Below are positions 37,016 through 50,019 of a stretch of DNA of 64,000 bases, one piece after another. Position numbers and translations under genes: made by a program. The DNA lies in NCBI RefSeq assembly GCF_006345805.1, contig NC_043017.1, forward strand, positions 14,942,001 to 15,006,000, in the 5' to 3' direction. The notes beneath the pieces were generated by a model. That model was given only the letters and a program-made list of their open reading frames with translations, did not search any database and had not been told where the DNA came from. Origin of the DNA: Octopus sinensis. Its lineage: Eukaryota. Positions within the stretch are counted from its first letter, which is position 1. Every line of letters begins with the position of its first letter.

Positions 37016-37949
37016 AAAGACAAAATAATTAAAGCTGTAAGAATCCTGGCGAAACTTCCAGTCACATGGAACTGAATTATACATTTTACGAGCCTCAATA
37101 CGCTTTTGTGTTGAAAATTCATCACAAGGCATGTGTTGATGGGGGCTGATGCTATACAAGACAAATGTCCAAGGTCCCACGAACGGGGTCTGCACCAGAA
37201 ACCACGTCGTTGCTGAACGTATTTCTTTACCAATGAGGACTTTTCTTTCTCAATAAGACGCAGAAGAGTCGAAGTAAAGGGAGACAGTGATTATATTGGA
37301 TCGAGCGAGGAGAACAAAAGGAAAGGGCTAATGAGAAAGGAGATGGAAAGCATATATGATATACGAAGTCCTTTTGATAGAGGTGAACCTCCAATTATAG
37401 CCAAGCAAAGAACCTCATACATCCAAGTTCATCCTCACCGGCAACGACACGAGCCCTTGCTCAAGGATCTGCTCTCCAAACTACAGGTGCGAGCTTAATG
37501 TAATTCCATTCCCTCTTACAATTTTCGACGAATAAAACAAGCCTATCTTCGATTATGTAAACTAAGCAGCCGTAGCTGTATGCGTATGTGTGTAAGTGTG
37601 TGTTTGAGAAAGAGAGAGAGATAGAAAGATAGTGAGTCAGTGTGCTTATATATTTGCAAGCTTGTATCTTACCTGGCGTTTATAACCGTCTTCGCTCTAT
37701 GTGGTGGATAGTGAGGCAAGTTAACTTACCTGCAAATGGGAAGTAAAATTGTAATTAGACTAAATATAAGGGATAATACAATTCATGTATTTACATATAT
37801 AAATCCATATGGATGTGTAGATAGACAGACAGACAGACAGAATCAGACAGACAGCCCGACAGACATAAACGGTATAGGAACACAAGTTGACTTAATGTGT
37901 ATATTTACACAGAATATCCCATTATCACAGTATCGGCTAGACCGCCAGA

Positions 37950-38430
37950 TGTTTTACACCACTGTTCACAATGCGCTTCCAATTATGTCTTGACGGAGCT
38001 ATTCTTTTCCATCATGACTCAAATTGCTTGATTAAATCTTCTTCCTATCGCCGTTTAAACCTTCCAAGCAACCTTTTCCGATCTCTTACATACCACTCGG
38101 CAACTGCACGGGTCCACCTCTTGTTTGTGAACCTTGCAACATGACCAGCTCACCGGAAATTGCGCTTTAGCTACTCTGCAACCACATCGTTCACCCTGCT
38201 CCATCCTCCAATTATTCCATTGCAAATGTTCTCTCTTTTGATGCTCCTAGCTTGGATCTTTCCATGGCCGTTTGCGTCGTCGCCGATCGAGGTTCTAATC
38301 TCTTCCAAGTAGTCCACGTCTCACTTGCGTGTAAAGGTGGAGGTAGGACGATGCTATTAAAGAGTCAGGTGCCTAGGGCATTCTCTAGCTTTGTTTGGAG
38401 CACATTATTGAGTTAAATGCCTTCAACCAT
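37950..38430 (-). mobile_element. RTE-clade LINE RT C-terminal fragment
   Basis: Minus frames: ETWT..TTQTAMERSKLG...R*AGHVARFTNKRWTRAVAEWY.RDRKR..GR, the RTE WAGHVAR..RWT..EW motif. Confidence 0.85.
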
Positions 38431-38832
38431 GCCATTTTCTTCATTTTGCCCGCGAAACAAGATGAACTGTCTGTACCACAGCAAGTGTGCTCAGGTGAAA
38501 AGAATCAATCCAGAAAAATGGATTGATGTATATCTACGTCGATGTATATGTACGTAGAGGACATAATGTATGTTGTTTCCTTCTGGACGAATCCACGTAA
38601 GCTTAAATATTGAACGATTCTGGGCGTGAAAAAGATCACATGATCGAATTGTGTCCACGGATTGGGTGACAGTAAACAATGTTTTGTGTCTAGACAACTG
38701 GGGTTGTCTCAGCATACATATCTTGACGCATATTCACTGTGCTAAGTAGATGAACTCTTTTGCCTCCTAAATTCGCTTCCCATCTCTATACACAAACTCA
38801 CCCCGCCATGTGTGTGTGCGTATGTATATATA

Positions 38833-39030
38833 TGCGAAGGGATGCTGAAAAGTTCCTGCCTTTGGGTAAAAGAAAATACAGGAAAATCAGTTATAATTTT
38901 ATTCAACATATTCTCCTCTCAGATTCAGTCCTTCAGCTTTTCTAGACCCAGTAAAAAAACTCAGAAGTTTAAGCCTCCATCCAGGCCTTTCCCGATGCCC
39001 TTAAAACCAGGAACTTTTCAGCCCCCCCCC

Positions 39031-39031
<1 letters not shown>
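38833..39031. mobile_element. Mariner-type MITE
   Basis: Left GAAGGGATGCTGAAAAGTTCCTG and right reverse complement GGGGGGGCTGAAAAGTTCCTG, with TA-rich flanks. Confidence 0.75.
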
Positions 39032-39083
<52 letters not shown>

Positions 39084-39231
39084 TCAATCGTCAATAATTT
39101 TAACTGAGGGTGCTTAAGAACACCTACATTGCAAGAAATAAGAGTTAGAAACCCATAGAAATGCAAGGGAGCACATTTTCATATACTGATAGGGGAGATA
39201 ACCGCCACATAGCTGAAGCTACAACTACTGG

Positions 39232-39273
39232 ACTGGATTAATTTCATCTGTAAATCGCAGACTCATCAGCAGT
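39232..39273 (-). ncRNA. Minimal type I hammerhead, canonical core, predicted AUC cleavage between 39236 and 39235
   Basis: Minus: ACTG-CTGATGA-GTCTG-CGATTTA-CAGAT-GAAA-TTAA-T-C-CAGT; helix III palindrome ATTAAT; stem I 4 bp. Confidence 0.72.
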
Positions 39274-39916
39274 GACAACTCCATCGCCGAATAGCTTAGC
39301 TAAATCCACACTGTTAGTATATATAGTTACCATATAAATTTATGGCTGACTTAGCGGAGTGCTTATGTGAAAATTAGAAAATAATGTACACCATTCGTTG
39401 ATAGAATCGTCACTGCTGAAGAGTCTGCCCATTACAGATGCAGCTCGCCCCGTCCAATGATTGTAACTTCGCTTATGGGGCATTTATCTCCCCTTTCAGT
39501 ATACCAAAATGCGTTTCCTTGCAGTTCCAGGAGTTTTAACTTATTTCTAGCAATATTACTGTTACCTAACAGATTCAGCCGCATTTAGCGACGATTGGAT
39601 TTTTCCTTTTTGGTTTTATGTTAGGTATTGCTGCCTACATTACAGTACATACATACATACATACATACATACATACATACATACATACATGAATATATGC
39701 ATATCGTGATTTCTTAAAAGTATAAATTGCATGAAAATAAGCAGTATTTAGATTTGTGTTTCTGCATATTTCATTTAGAGAAACCACAGTCGCACAGGGA
39801 CACTCACATACATACATGCATACATACATATATATGTTAGTGAGTGGACAAACGAAAGAAGGGGACTCAACTAACTTATGGGAGGGGCGTTACATGCATG
39901 GATCAAAACTGTTTGA

Positions 39917-40021
39917 TTCAAACTCGCTGGTACTCTTGAGTTTCAAGCGGGATGCTAGTCATCAGCCATTCAAATTCAAAATGGCTGACGTTTGAAACTC
40001 AAGAGTTCCAGCGAATTTGAA
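39917..40021. mobile_element. Foldback/MITE
   Basis: TTCAAACTCGCTGGTACTCTTGAGTTTCAAGC vs reverse complement of GTTTGAAACTCAAGAGTTCCAGCGAATTTGAA (29/32); inner TCAGCCATT/AATGGCTGA. Confidence 0.75.
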
Positions 40022-40044
40022 TTAAACTGCTTTAATCCATATAT

Positions 40045-40214
40045 ATTTTTTTCTTTTCCTTGTTTCAGTCATTTGACAGCGGCCATGTCGGATCACCGCC
40101 TTCAGTCGAACCAGAACTTATTTCTTGTAAGCCTAGTACTTATTTTATCGGTCTCATTTTCCAAACCGCTAGGTTATGGGGACGTAAACACACCAACATC
40201 GGTTGTCAAGCGAT
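40045..40214 (-). mobile_element. SINE family B 3' part
   Basis: Similar to 32381-32562. Confidence 0.8.
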
Positions 40215-40251
40215 GGTGGTGGTGGTGGGAAACAGACACACAAATACGCAT

Positions 40252-40287
<36 letters not shown>

Positions 40288-41017
40288 TATATATACGTAT
40301 GATTGCATGTGTGTGTGTGTGTGCGTGCGTGCGTGTGCATGTGCCTATGTACGTATAGGCTTCTTTTCTTTTATAATTTCTTAGAACTCTTTCCAAAAGA
40401 GAGGAGCTGGTTGCTAGCGAACAATCGAAGCGACATCAATGAAACCCAAGCTTTCCTAGGTTCATCTGGACCTTTTAATAGCACAACCGATTGTACTAAT
40501 CAGTGTGGAAGCATACGTGAATTCATACTCAGGGCCAGTCGATTCCGACAGCTCTCCTCTCTCATTTTATGCACATCACTGCACATAACTTCTTCCCTGT
40601 CCCAATGTTATGTATGCACATGCGAGATTTCTTTTTATGGGCATGGTCCACCAATATTCTTTCTGTTCGTATATGCGTGTATATGTGTGTATATGTTCGT
40701 ATGTGTGTATGTACCAAGAGGTAGACGTATGCGTTGATATATATATACATATATATATAGGAAGAGAGAGAGAGAGAGAGAGTCAATGACAGTAAGATAT
40801 GCATGCATACATACTTATTGATTAAACAATATATTTTTTTATGTATTTCCTATTTAAATTGTTGCATGAGGAATAGGTTCGTTGGTAACACTTTCGGTGT
40901 CAGCTGCCGGGTAGTTGTGTAATGTCCTTCACATACATTCGACATAATCTATATTTATGGCTGTTTTATTGATTCCCTGTCTCAATATTTGCTTTAGGCG
41001 ATCTTCTGCTCTTGAGA

Positions 41018-41070
<53 letters not shown>

Positions 41071-41099
41071 CAAAATAAGCAACAGGATATCAAGTATTA

Positions 41100-41187
41100 G
41101 TGCAGTACGATTGTTTCAAGCAACTTCATTTAATTGAACAATGCAATCATTACATCAATTTAAACCCAGCACTATCTTCAGCTGCAC
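41100..41187 (-). ncRNA. Type I hammerhead ribozyme, canonical core, predicted GUA cleavage between 41106 and 41105
   Basis: Minus: GTGCAG-CTGAAGA-(57-nt imperfect stem II)-GAAA-C-AATC-G-T-A-CTGCAC; stem I 6 bp perfect; helix III ACAATCGT is one CpG-type change from palindrome ACGATCGT. Confidence 0.78.
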
Positions 41188-41915
41188 AAAAAATATATGG
41201 AACTCCAACAGGTAGGGTATATTAATATAATTTGTCTTAAATATTTTAACCGAGCAAGAAGTTGTAAGACATTCATGTTGTCGTTATTGTAGCGAGAACT
41301 AGCTCAGTTGACTGTATCGGAAAACAAACAGCAAATACGCGTTATTACACAGAGAAGAACACATCCACGGTGCTGTGGAAGCTGTCTATACACATATATG
41401 GAAACCCTGTCTATACACATATATGTATGTATGTATGTATGTATATGCATATATGTGTATGCATATATATATACACACACATACACAAACACACAGAACC
41501 ATGTATATTAGATGTTGAATAATGAGAATGAGTTCTCAATATCGCATCGGTGGATAAAATTTCTTTTTGTATTAAGGCTACCGTTAGTTTATATTTAGAA
41601 AATATTTTAATATCGATCACAGGGAAGAATAGTGTTCCTCTCCATCCACTTATCTATATCTATATCTATTTATATATATACACATAAATATATACATACA
41701 GACAATAGTTCGCAAATGATTTGAACTTAAACTCCGAGTCGTTGTGGAGGACTGGGTCTACGGGATCAAAGATAGCTACATGAAAAGTAATCCAGGTGAA
41801 CTGATATCGAGATAGTGATGCAGATAAACATGATTAGGTTTGATGTATATAAATTACGTATATACATATAGATACTCATAGATATGTTTATATCAACGTA
41901 TTTTGATTTTTAAAA

Positions 41916-42353
41916 ACTAGATATATTCAGAAGACGAAACACGTGCATAGATATTTATATATTTTGACAAATCCATTTACTTTTAAATGAAGTATAAAAA
42001 ATACAGAAGACTAAGTGAAGAATGCTTATGTAGCTTCTGTAAAAGTTGTAATGTCCATAATTAAAAGATGAAATGTGCAGAAAGAAATGGATATGCAACC
42101 CGTAGATGGCTGCATAAAACCAGTTGCATTCTACAGGAGGGAGAGATTGGTTGATAACAGTTGATATCGTGGTGCGACTTTTACACCATTTGAACATTAC
42201 AACTATTACGTAACCCCGGGATCCTAGAAACAACAGTCGAGTTTTAAAAACTTGACTTCTTCCCTAAGTCTTCTGTATTTTCATACACCACGTAAAAGTA
42301 AATGGTCAATATATATAAATAACATGTGTGTCTATCCTCTGAATATGTTTAGT
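41916..42353. mobile_element. Old foldback element with ~100-bp imperfect inverted arms
   Basis: 41916-42022 vs reverse complement of 42257-42353 share CCATTTACTTTTA and AAAATACAGAAGACT blocks. Confidence 0.6.
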
Positions 42354-42489
42354 CTCTGTATATATATATATTCCTATATATGTATGTGTGTATATGTATG
42401 TCTATTTATATATTACGTACATGTGTAATATATACGTCAATTATATATACTAAGTCCTAACTCTGTATCTGCATCACTATGTCTATATA

Positions 42490-42897
42490 TTGGGTCATCC
42501 CATAAATAATGCGGTTTTTTAAATTGCATGATCTAAAAGTCAGAGTGGGGATGGGATAAACTACCTGCATCAACTTGTTATAAAAGCAGGTAGTAATTTT
42601 ACCTTGTCCTTATTCTTAGTGCAAGTTTTGAAGAGTGCAGTTCGATTTTAATAGTTATTCTTTCAAAGTTATAATGAAAGTGACAAAGGAGCGTATACGG
42701 CATATTTAGCTTTTTGAGTTCAATAAAGGCAACAACGCAACGGAATATGCGAGGAATATTATGAGGATCGGACAATAAGCGTAAGCCAGTTCCAACGGTG
42801 GTTTCAGAAATTCGAAACAGAAACAACAGCCAAGAAGATGAGCCTCGCCGTGGAAGATCTGTAGAGCTCGACGAGGACGTCCTGCAAACCCTAGTGG
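42490..42897 (+). mobile_element. Mariner 5' end: TIR, 5' UTR and N-terminal HTH of transposase (truncated)
   Basis: TA+TTGGGTCATCCCATAAATAATGCGG TIR-like start; ATG at 42674 gives MKVTKERIRHI*LFEFNKGNNATE...QRWFQKF..EDEPRRGRSVELDEDVLQTLV. Confidence 0.9.
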
Positions 42898-43150
42898 CTG
42901 ACGGTATGTGCATTTCTGATCACGAGCAGAAGTAGTGGGAGAGCATCATAATCAGGTGTTGAAAGAAATTCTTTGGAGTTTGAATATTTCACCTCTGGAA
43001 ACGCGGGCCCCACCAGCAAGGTCATGCATTGTTTATCTTCATATGAGCTCACCATGTCGTGCACATACGGGTGTGATGCATTCGCCTGGTGCACCCTTAT
43101 CAAACGGTTAGTCCTGACGGGTATATTGGGCTTCGTATATTCGTGCCCCT
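42898..43150. repeat. Interspersed repeat shared with 54270-54620
   Basis: CCACCAGCAAGGT.ATGCA.TGTTTATCTT.ATATGAG.TCACCATGTCG.GCACATA present in both; the 43 kb copy lacks an internal segment. Confidence 0.75.
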
Positions 43151-43170
43151 ATAATAAAAATAATAATAAT

Positions 43171-43493
43171 ATTACAAACCAATGTGACTCCTTTATCAAG
43201 GCTCGGAGACCAGATATTGTTGCGGTAGATAAAGGAAAAAGGAAACCAAGATTAGAGATACCCGAGGATTCACGCACGAGTGACACAGAACTGGAAAATA
43301 CTATTAAAAGACGAAATTTCAAGAGTATGAGGAGAGTGTCTGTCATTGCAGTAGTTGTAGGGTCACTCGGAGCACTAAGAACGAATTTCGAGAAATATGT
43401 CAAAGAAATGGAATTGGCATGAGAGCAGAGCAAGCCCAAAAACCTGCTCTTCTGGGGACAGCTAGGATTTTCAGATTGGTACTTGGATGTTGA
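43171..43493 (+). mobile_element. RLE-type non-LTR retrotransposon 3' fragment
   Basis: TNQCDSFIKARRPDIVAVDK...VSVIAVVVGSLGAL...QKPALLGTARIFRLVLGC*; preceded and followed by AAT/AAC runs. Confidence 0.88.
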
Positions 43494-43678
43494 ATGTCTA
43501 GCACGATAATTAACAACCAAGTATCAAAGCTTATAATGTGCGGAAAAAAATCCTGTCAAACCTCTGTCCCTTCTCATAGAACCTACCAAAACAAACAAGA
43601 CCGAGCATTCTGAGAAGTGAAACAACAACAACAACAATAATAATAATCTCTACATATGCTACTACTAATAACAATAAT

Positions 43679-43825
43679 GGGAGGAGGGGATGAGTCGATT
43701 ACATCGACCCGAAAGGATGAAAGGCAAAGTTCACCTCGGCGGAATTCGAACACAGAACGTAACGGCAGACGAAATACGGCTACGCATTTCGCCCGGCGTG
43801 CTAACGTTTCTGCCAGCTCGCCGCC
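43679..43825 (-). mobile_element. SINE family A
   Basis: Ends GCTAACGTTTCTGCCAGCTCGCCGCC, reverse complement of the family head. Confidence 0.85.
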
Positions 43826-43854
43826 TTACTACTACTACTACTACTACTACTACT

Positions 43855-43893
<39 letters not shown>

Positions 43894-44320
43894 TGCATAT
43901 TACAAATTTAAATTTGAAGTAAAGATCAACCATTACATATCAGGAAAAGTGATCAGCTGATCAGATGTGCAAGCAGTAAAATGGCAGAATTACAATGGCA
44001 ACATAAAATGAGATTATGTAGCGCATTAGTAAACAAAATTGCAGTCTATCTGCGTGTGTAAGCTGTCTTGTGTGTGAGTGTGTGCCTGTTTCAAAACGAA
44101 ATAACATCTATTTAAGGCAATATTCTCAATATATGGAAATGCATCCACGTTTTTTTCCTTCTCTGAAGAATACCTCTGAGAGTTTTCAACCAGATGATAA
44201 CAGGACTACTGTTGCAACAGTCATTGATTTGAATAAATAATTAGATATGTACGCATGCATCATGTATGTGTGAGCATATATACACACATGTGCTTGTGTG
44301 CTTAACTCTCTCTCTCTCTG

Positions 44321-44368
<48 letters not shown>

Positions 44369-44518
44369 CCGTTGTGTTATTGTGCTGAAGGGTGTGAGAG
44401 TTCTTGTTCTCTCCTTGTTATACTGCTTTTCGTAAACCCCAATATATTCATTTGGTCACGTGTCTAACTCAACCAGTATTTTGTGACTGTTTCTCTCTCC
44501 TTATCACCCTGCATATAC

Positions 44519-44551
<33 letters not shown>

Positions 44552-45596
44552 CGTGTGTGTATAAATAGATACGTACATACATACATACAAACATACACAC
44601 ATACGTGAAGTTGGCATGTATATTTAGTGGTGAAAATAAACAATCTACTTTATAACATTAATTGGATTTCAATGATATCAGCGAGACGTCTTTAAATTAG
44701 TAATTAACAACCATATGTTCATTAATTCCAGTTACAAATGTAGAACATATTGGAGTCGAAACGATGAAAAATAAAGTAGGTCGAAATAAATTATAACACT
44801 TCCGCCATATATGGTTGGAAATGTCTCCGGGGCAAACTCCTTTCCATATTGGAAATGGCTGCTACTATCATGTATTAAATGTTAACTTTTAGGCCAGAAC
44901 GAGGCGAAAGAGAGACATGGCAATAAACCTCAAATGAACAGTTTCTTTTCACTATTTTGATACCCCACCCGCCACTGTAACGTCGTCTGTTTCACCAATA
45001 ATGCCATAGAATAGTTTCTAGCATATTTTATAATTAATGAAGAATTTATTCTACACCATATTCAGTTATAAATACATATATACATAACACACACATTCAT
45101 GCATATATGCATACATAGTTATATAAAGGTATGGCTATGCGTGTGTGTGTGTGTGTGTGTGTGTGAAAGTATAAGAGTGTTATGCATGTGTTCGCTACTA
45201 ACATCTCCATTTCTTTGTGGTAGAAGGTCCATGCAATGCGATTATCGTAATTGCACAAACACCACACAGTATCAGATACAAAGAGGAAGCGAAATCAGAA
45301 TGAGGTCTTTGGAAATCATGACTATCCAAATATTTTTCACCTGAATTTAAATATATCTTAATAGTTTTGTAATCTCGCTTCAATTTGCTTCATAGGTTTA
45401 GTTTATATATTTAGGTGGGAAAACGTGTAAACATTATACATATATGTTCCTATATTTGTCCGTTTCTCTATTCACCTTATTACTTTCTTTGTGTGTGTGC
45501 CTATGCGAGCGAGTGTGAGTGCGCGCGCGTGCGTGTGCGTGTGTATATTGGACGAGGTTTATACAGAGTTCCTATCTACGAAAAGTCATACTGACG

Positions 45597-45656
<60 letters not shown>

Positions 45657-45715
45657 ATGATGTCTATTTTATACAATAGTAATAATATCGTTATTATTAT
45701 CATTATTACTACTCC

Positions 45716-45748
<33 letters not shown>

Positions 45749-46029
45749 CATGTTCAAATATATGTTTTCCTGTTATTTGTGAATTTCTTACGCAATGATA
45801 TGTATGTGTGAGTGTGTGTGTGAGTGTGTGTATGTGTATTTTATACGTGTGAGTCTTTGTGTAAATGTTAGTATATCTGTCTATGATGTGTGAATGAATA
45901 TGTATTAATATGCGTTTATGTATTCACGTATTCCTGTGCGTAGTATTTCTATCGATAGGTCGAAGTAGGTTTGGTATTTGCAATGGAAAATGTTAATGTC
46001 AAGCCGCACTCCAGCGCCAGAGTGCCTTA

Positions 46030-46200
46030 CTCTCTATAACCTTCTTCTCCGTTCAAAACAATCTTGATGCATCCATGTTGAAAACAGCTTCAGCAGCCTC
46101 ATCTGCAAACGATGGAGGAGCGGTGGGATCATTAAGAATTTCTTCGTTCCATTATAAATAGAAAGGGAACCATAATAGTGGCTATTGTCTGCGAAATAGC
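46030..46200 (-). mobile_element. Possible pogo/Tigger-like transposase relic
   Basis: Minus frame ADEAAEAVFNMDASRLF* resembles the pogo VFNxDETGLFW motif; the match is short. Confidence 0.3.
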
Positions 46201-46673
46201 AGTGGACGCAACTGCTATGGAGAAGCTCTTAAATGGCTATCAAATTAGTGAGTTCTTTCCTAGTCGAGTTTATCTCTCCGTTCTCTAAAGCATTCTGCCG
46301 TGTTGCTCTGCTGTTCGAAAACCTACGTCATTCAATGTTTTACACGGAGATCATGCTTTACGCAAGGTGTTTGTTAGCATCTTGCGTAAAATGTCAATTT
46401 ATGATTATCATTTAATGATAAAATAATGACTGGGAGAAAATGGTAGAAGAGCTGGTGCTGCGCAAAAAAACCCGGTGAAATGGGCGCCAACATATTTCAC
46501 GTAGTGAGTGAAAGAAATTTGATTACAATTACAACAGCTACAAGAAGATCAACTTTAATGGTAGGGAAACGGGGAGAAACAAACTGGAAATATAAGTTTG
46601 CAGAAGTTATTTTGAATTGAGGTATTTTTGGTAAAGAAAGTTTGTTCTTTGATAACGTGATTAAAGATGCCAA

Positions 46674-46707
46674 AATGTTTCGTTAGCGTTTAGCCTTCAT
46701 CAGTAAA
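46674..46707 (-). ncRNA. Decayed minimal hammerhead relic
   Basis: Minus: TTTA-CTGATGA-A-GGCTA-AACGC-TAAC-GAAAC-ATT; stem II broken, no clear stem I. Confidence 0.35.
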
Positions 46708-47414
46708 TCAATGAGTCTCTCTTCAATGACCAGAGATGATATATTGTTTTGTGAATAAATACTTGTGTAATAAATTAGTTTTGTAATAAATTAATGGTTA
46801 AGGAATTTACAAAGTGTCGCTTGCTACCTGAGAAAAAAAAAGGTATGTGAAAAATAAAGATATTTCAATTAATTAATAATTGAATCATAACGAAGAGTAA
46901 AATCATTTTGATTAATTCTGCTAAAAAAAAAGCATAATTTCGAATAAAAACGTATTTTGATTAATTAGAAATGAGGCTAATCGTTAAGCGTCATTGCGTG
47001 TGTAATAAGTAAAATTACATATTTCATTAAATTTACATCAACAGCGTTCACTTATTTGGATTAAGGCGAATAAAAGAGGGAACATGTAGTGGCTAGACCT
47101 ACTGGAAATAGCAGTCACGATCGCTTCAAATTAAATCTCACATATTAAAGGGAGAGGACCTTTAATTTAGACATAAATATCTGTGAATATATAGGAGAAG
47201 GTCATGGCTGGAATGTAACAACATCGACAACAATAACAGCAACAACACAACAGCAAAAACAACATCATCATCAGCAACAACAGCAGCAATAACAACAGCA
47301 ACAGCAATATCAACAACAACAACAATAATATTGTTTGTTCAAATCGTTGGTAATACGAAGAGCTAAACAGCCATTGTTCATTTGATGCGTAGCGAAAGAA
47401 TATGCATAGGAGCG

Positions 47415-47900
47415 CATGTTAGTGTGTGTGTGTGTATGCATGTGTGTGGGTGTATGCGAGTATGTATGTATGCGTGTGTGTGTATGTGTCTGTGTGTATG
47501 TGTTTGCATGCATGTGTGTGTATGCATGTGTGTATGTATGTGTGTGTGTATGTGTGTGTGTGTGTGTATGTGTGTGTGAGTGTATGCGAGTATGTATTAT
47601 GTATGTATGCATGGGTTTATATTCATGTGCGTATGTGTGTGTATATGTTTGCATGCATGTGTGTGTATGAATGTGTGCGTATGCATGTGTGCGTATGCAT
47701 GTGTGCGTATGCATGTGTGTGTATGTATGTGTGTGTATGTGTTTGTGTGTTTATGCGAGTATGTATGTATGTATGTATGTATGTGTTTGCATGCATGTGA
47801 GTATGCATGTGTGTGTATACATGTATGTGTGTGTGTGCATGTGTGTCTATGTATGTGTGTTTGTGTATGTATGTGTGTGTATATATGCATGTGTATGCGT
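47415..47900. repeat. Degenerate (TG)n/(TGTA)n/(TGCA)n tract
   Basis: Directly visible; the Cys/Val- or His/Thr-rich ORFs here are artefacts. Confidence 0.95.
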
Positions 47901-47942
47901 GCGATCCGGGACACAGAGTTCTGAATACCACGAGACAACCCT

Positions 47943-48141
47943 GTCTATCAAAGGCACAGGGCCTGACATTTGATGGGAGGGGATTACATCGACCCCAATG
48001 TTTTACTGGTACTGAATTTATCAACGCCGAAGGGATGAAAGATTAAGTGGACCTAAGTGGAATTTGAACTCAGAACGTAAAGACAGACGAAATGATGCTA
48101 AGCATTTTGCCCGGCTCGCTAACGACTCTGCCAACTCGCCG
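47943..48141 (-). mobile_element. SINE family A
   Basis: Family core and head in reverse complement. Confidence 0.85.
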
Positions 48142-48301
48142 ACTTTTTATATCCGAGATTAATAACTACTTATTTCAGCCGAGAAGATGAATTTCAAGAA
48201 AGTTATAAGCCATAACTTGCATGATGAGCTTGCATACACATGGAAGAAACTCAGAGTAGCAAAAGCCTGACTCGACCAAAATAATACTCAAATACAGCCC
48301 C

Positions 48302-48344
<43 letters not shown>

Positions 48345-48599
48345 ATATATAATATATATATATGCACATTCACAATAGTAATTATATATATACGCAGTAG
48401 AGATATGTGCATGTATATATTGAACATATCGATACACAAAGTGAGCGATTGACAGTTACAAGAATAGCGAAACAGACAGAGTGATACGCTCAAATACGTG
48501 CATATAGAGAGAATTAGAGATACAGCGAGAGATTTTGGCGTGTAGATAGATAGATACAGCGAGAGATACAGCGAGAGATACAGCGAGAGATACAGCGAG

Positions 48600-48676
<77 letters not shown>

Positions 48677-50019
48677 TTATGTATGTAGGTAGAGAGAAAA
48701 ACAGATAGTGGTTTTAAGTATGTTAGTGTATAGATGAGAGAACTGTTAATTGCTCACGAGTTGAAATCCGACATTTATTTCCCTCTGTATTTTTAGACTG
48801 CAATAATACGAATTGGTTGCGATATAAATCGCCATTATTCCATTGTAATACTCATCAAATTATTTGGAATAACGATCTAAAAGCTACACATTCCGCGTAA
48901 AATTCTCGTTATTCCGTGATGTAAAAAAAAAAGCTACGAACGACGTTTCCAACAACAACAAAAACGGTGGCAACAACAACAGCACCACCACCACCACCCA
49001 CCAAGAACTGCAACAACACGAGTGAGCAAAACAGCTGAATAAAGTATATAACATTTGAATATATGAGACTCGTGTAAATGTGTTATTTAAATTGTAACGA
49101 TCGGCATATTTCCAGCTTGTTGAAGCGGGAGTTGGCAGAAAACTGGAGAAGATTTGGAGTTGGTGAACAATAAGACTCTCAGGAGAAGAGGTATTGTATT
49201 GATTTCAGCTGTGTATGTGCCTAATCAAATGAAATATCGAAAGAATTCAGGTATACACGCCCTAAATATCAATGACCGTGTGAATAGGTTTTCCAAGTAG
49301 CTACATTGTAGACAAAACAGTACTTCAAGTGCCAACATCTTATGGTGGGGTTTTTTAAGCATCATGCATGCTGGTTATATATCTATCTATATATATATAT
49401 TTATTTATTTATCTACCTACCTATCTCTTTGTCTATATCTATCCGTATTCTATCTATACATCTATGTCTGTCTATCTATCCATCTGTCTATTGGTCTATA
49501 TATCTAGTGAACTGTCTTGCCAGATATGTGTGTGTGAATTCCAAAAATTTTCTTTAAAACGTGTTATGCACGTGCAACGTTTTCTGCCAAACTTTCTTCA
49601 AAAATTGTGCATGTCCTGAAAGGGCTATGGTAGTGGTACTGAAGTTTCGGTGTCAGCAAAATGTTATTAGCAAAAAGACATTCTTGCTGCCAAGCAGACT
49701 GAGTTAGGCAGACTTTGTAGTTAGTAAAGAAACTAAAACGAATTCTAACGGAGAATTCTTTGTAGAGAATTATATTCTGGGATATTATCGAAAATAACTG
49801 ATGTTTCTGTTAGAATTTGTAAAGTAAAAATGCAATCAATAAGACATCAGGAGGAATAAATATTGAACGCGTTCACGAATTTTGAAGCAAATCCCGTTAA
49901 AAATGCGTGATTGGGATTGGAGTAGGGAAATAAAAGCTCCAAAGGTACTTATAATTCCTTGAAACGTTCAATTTGAAACCGAATTTATTCATATCTGGTC
50001 TTGTTGGTCACTCAATGGA

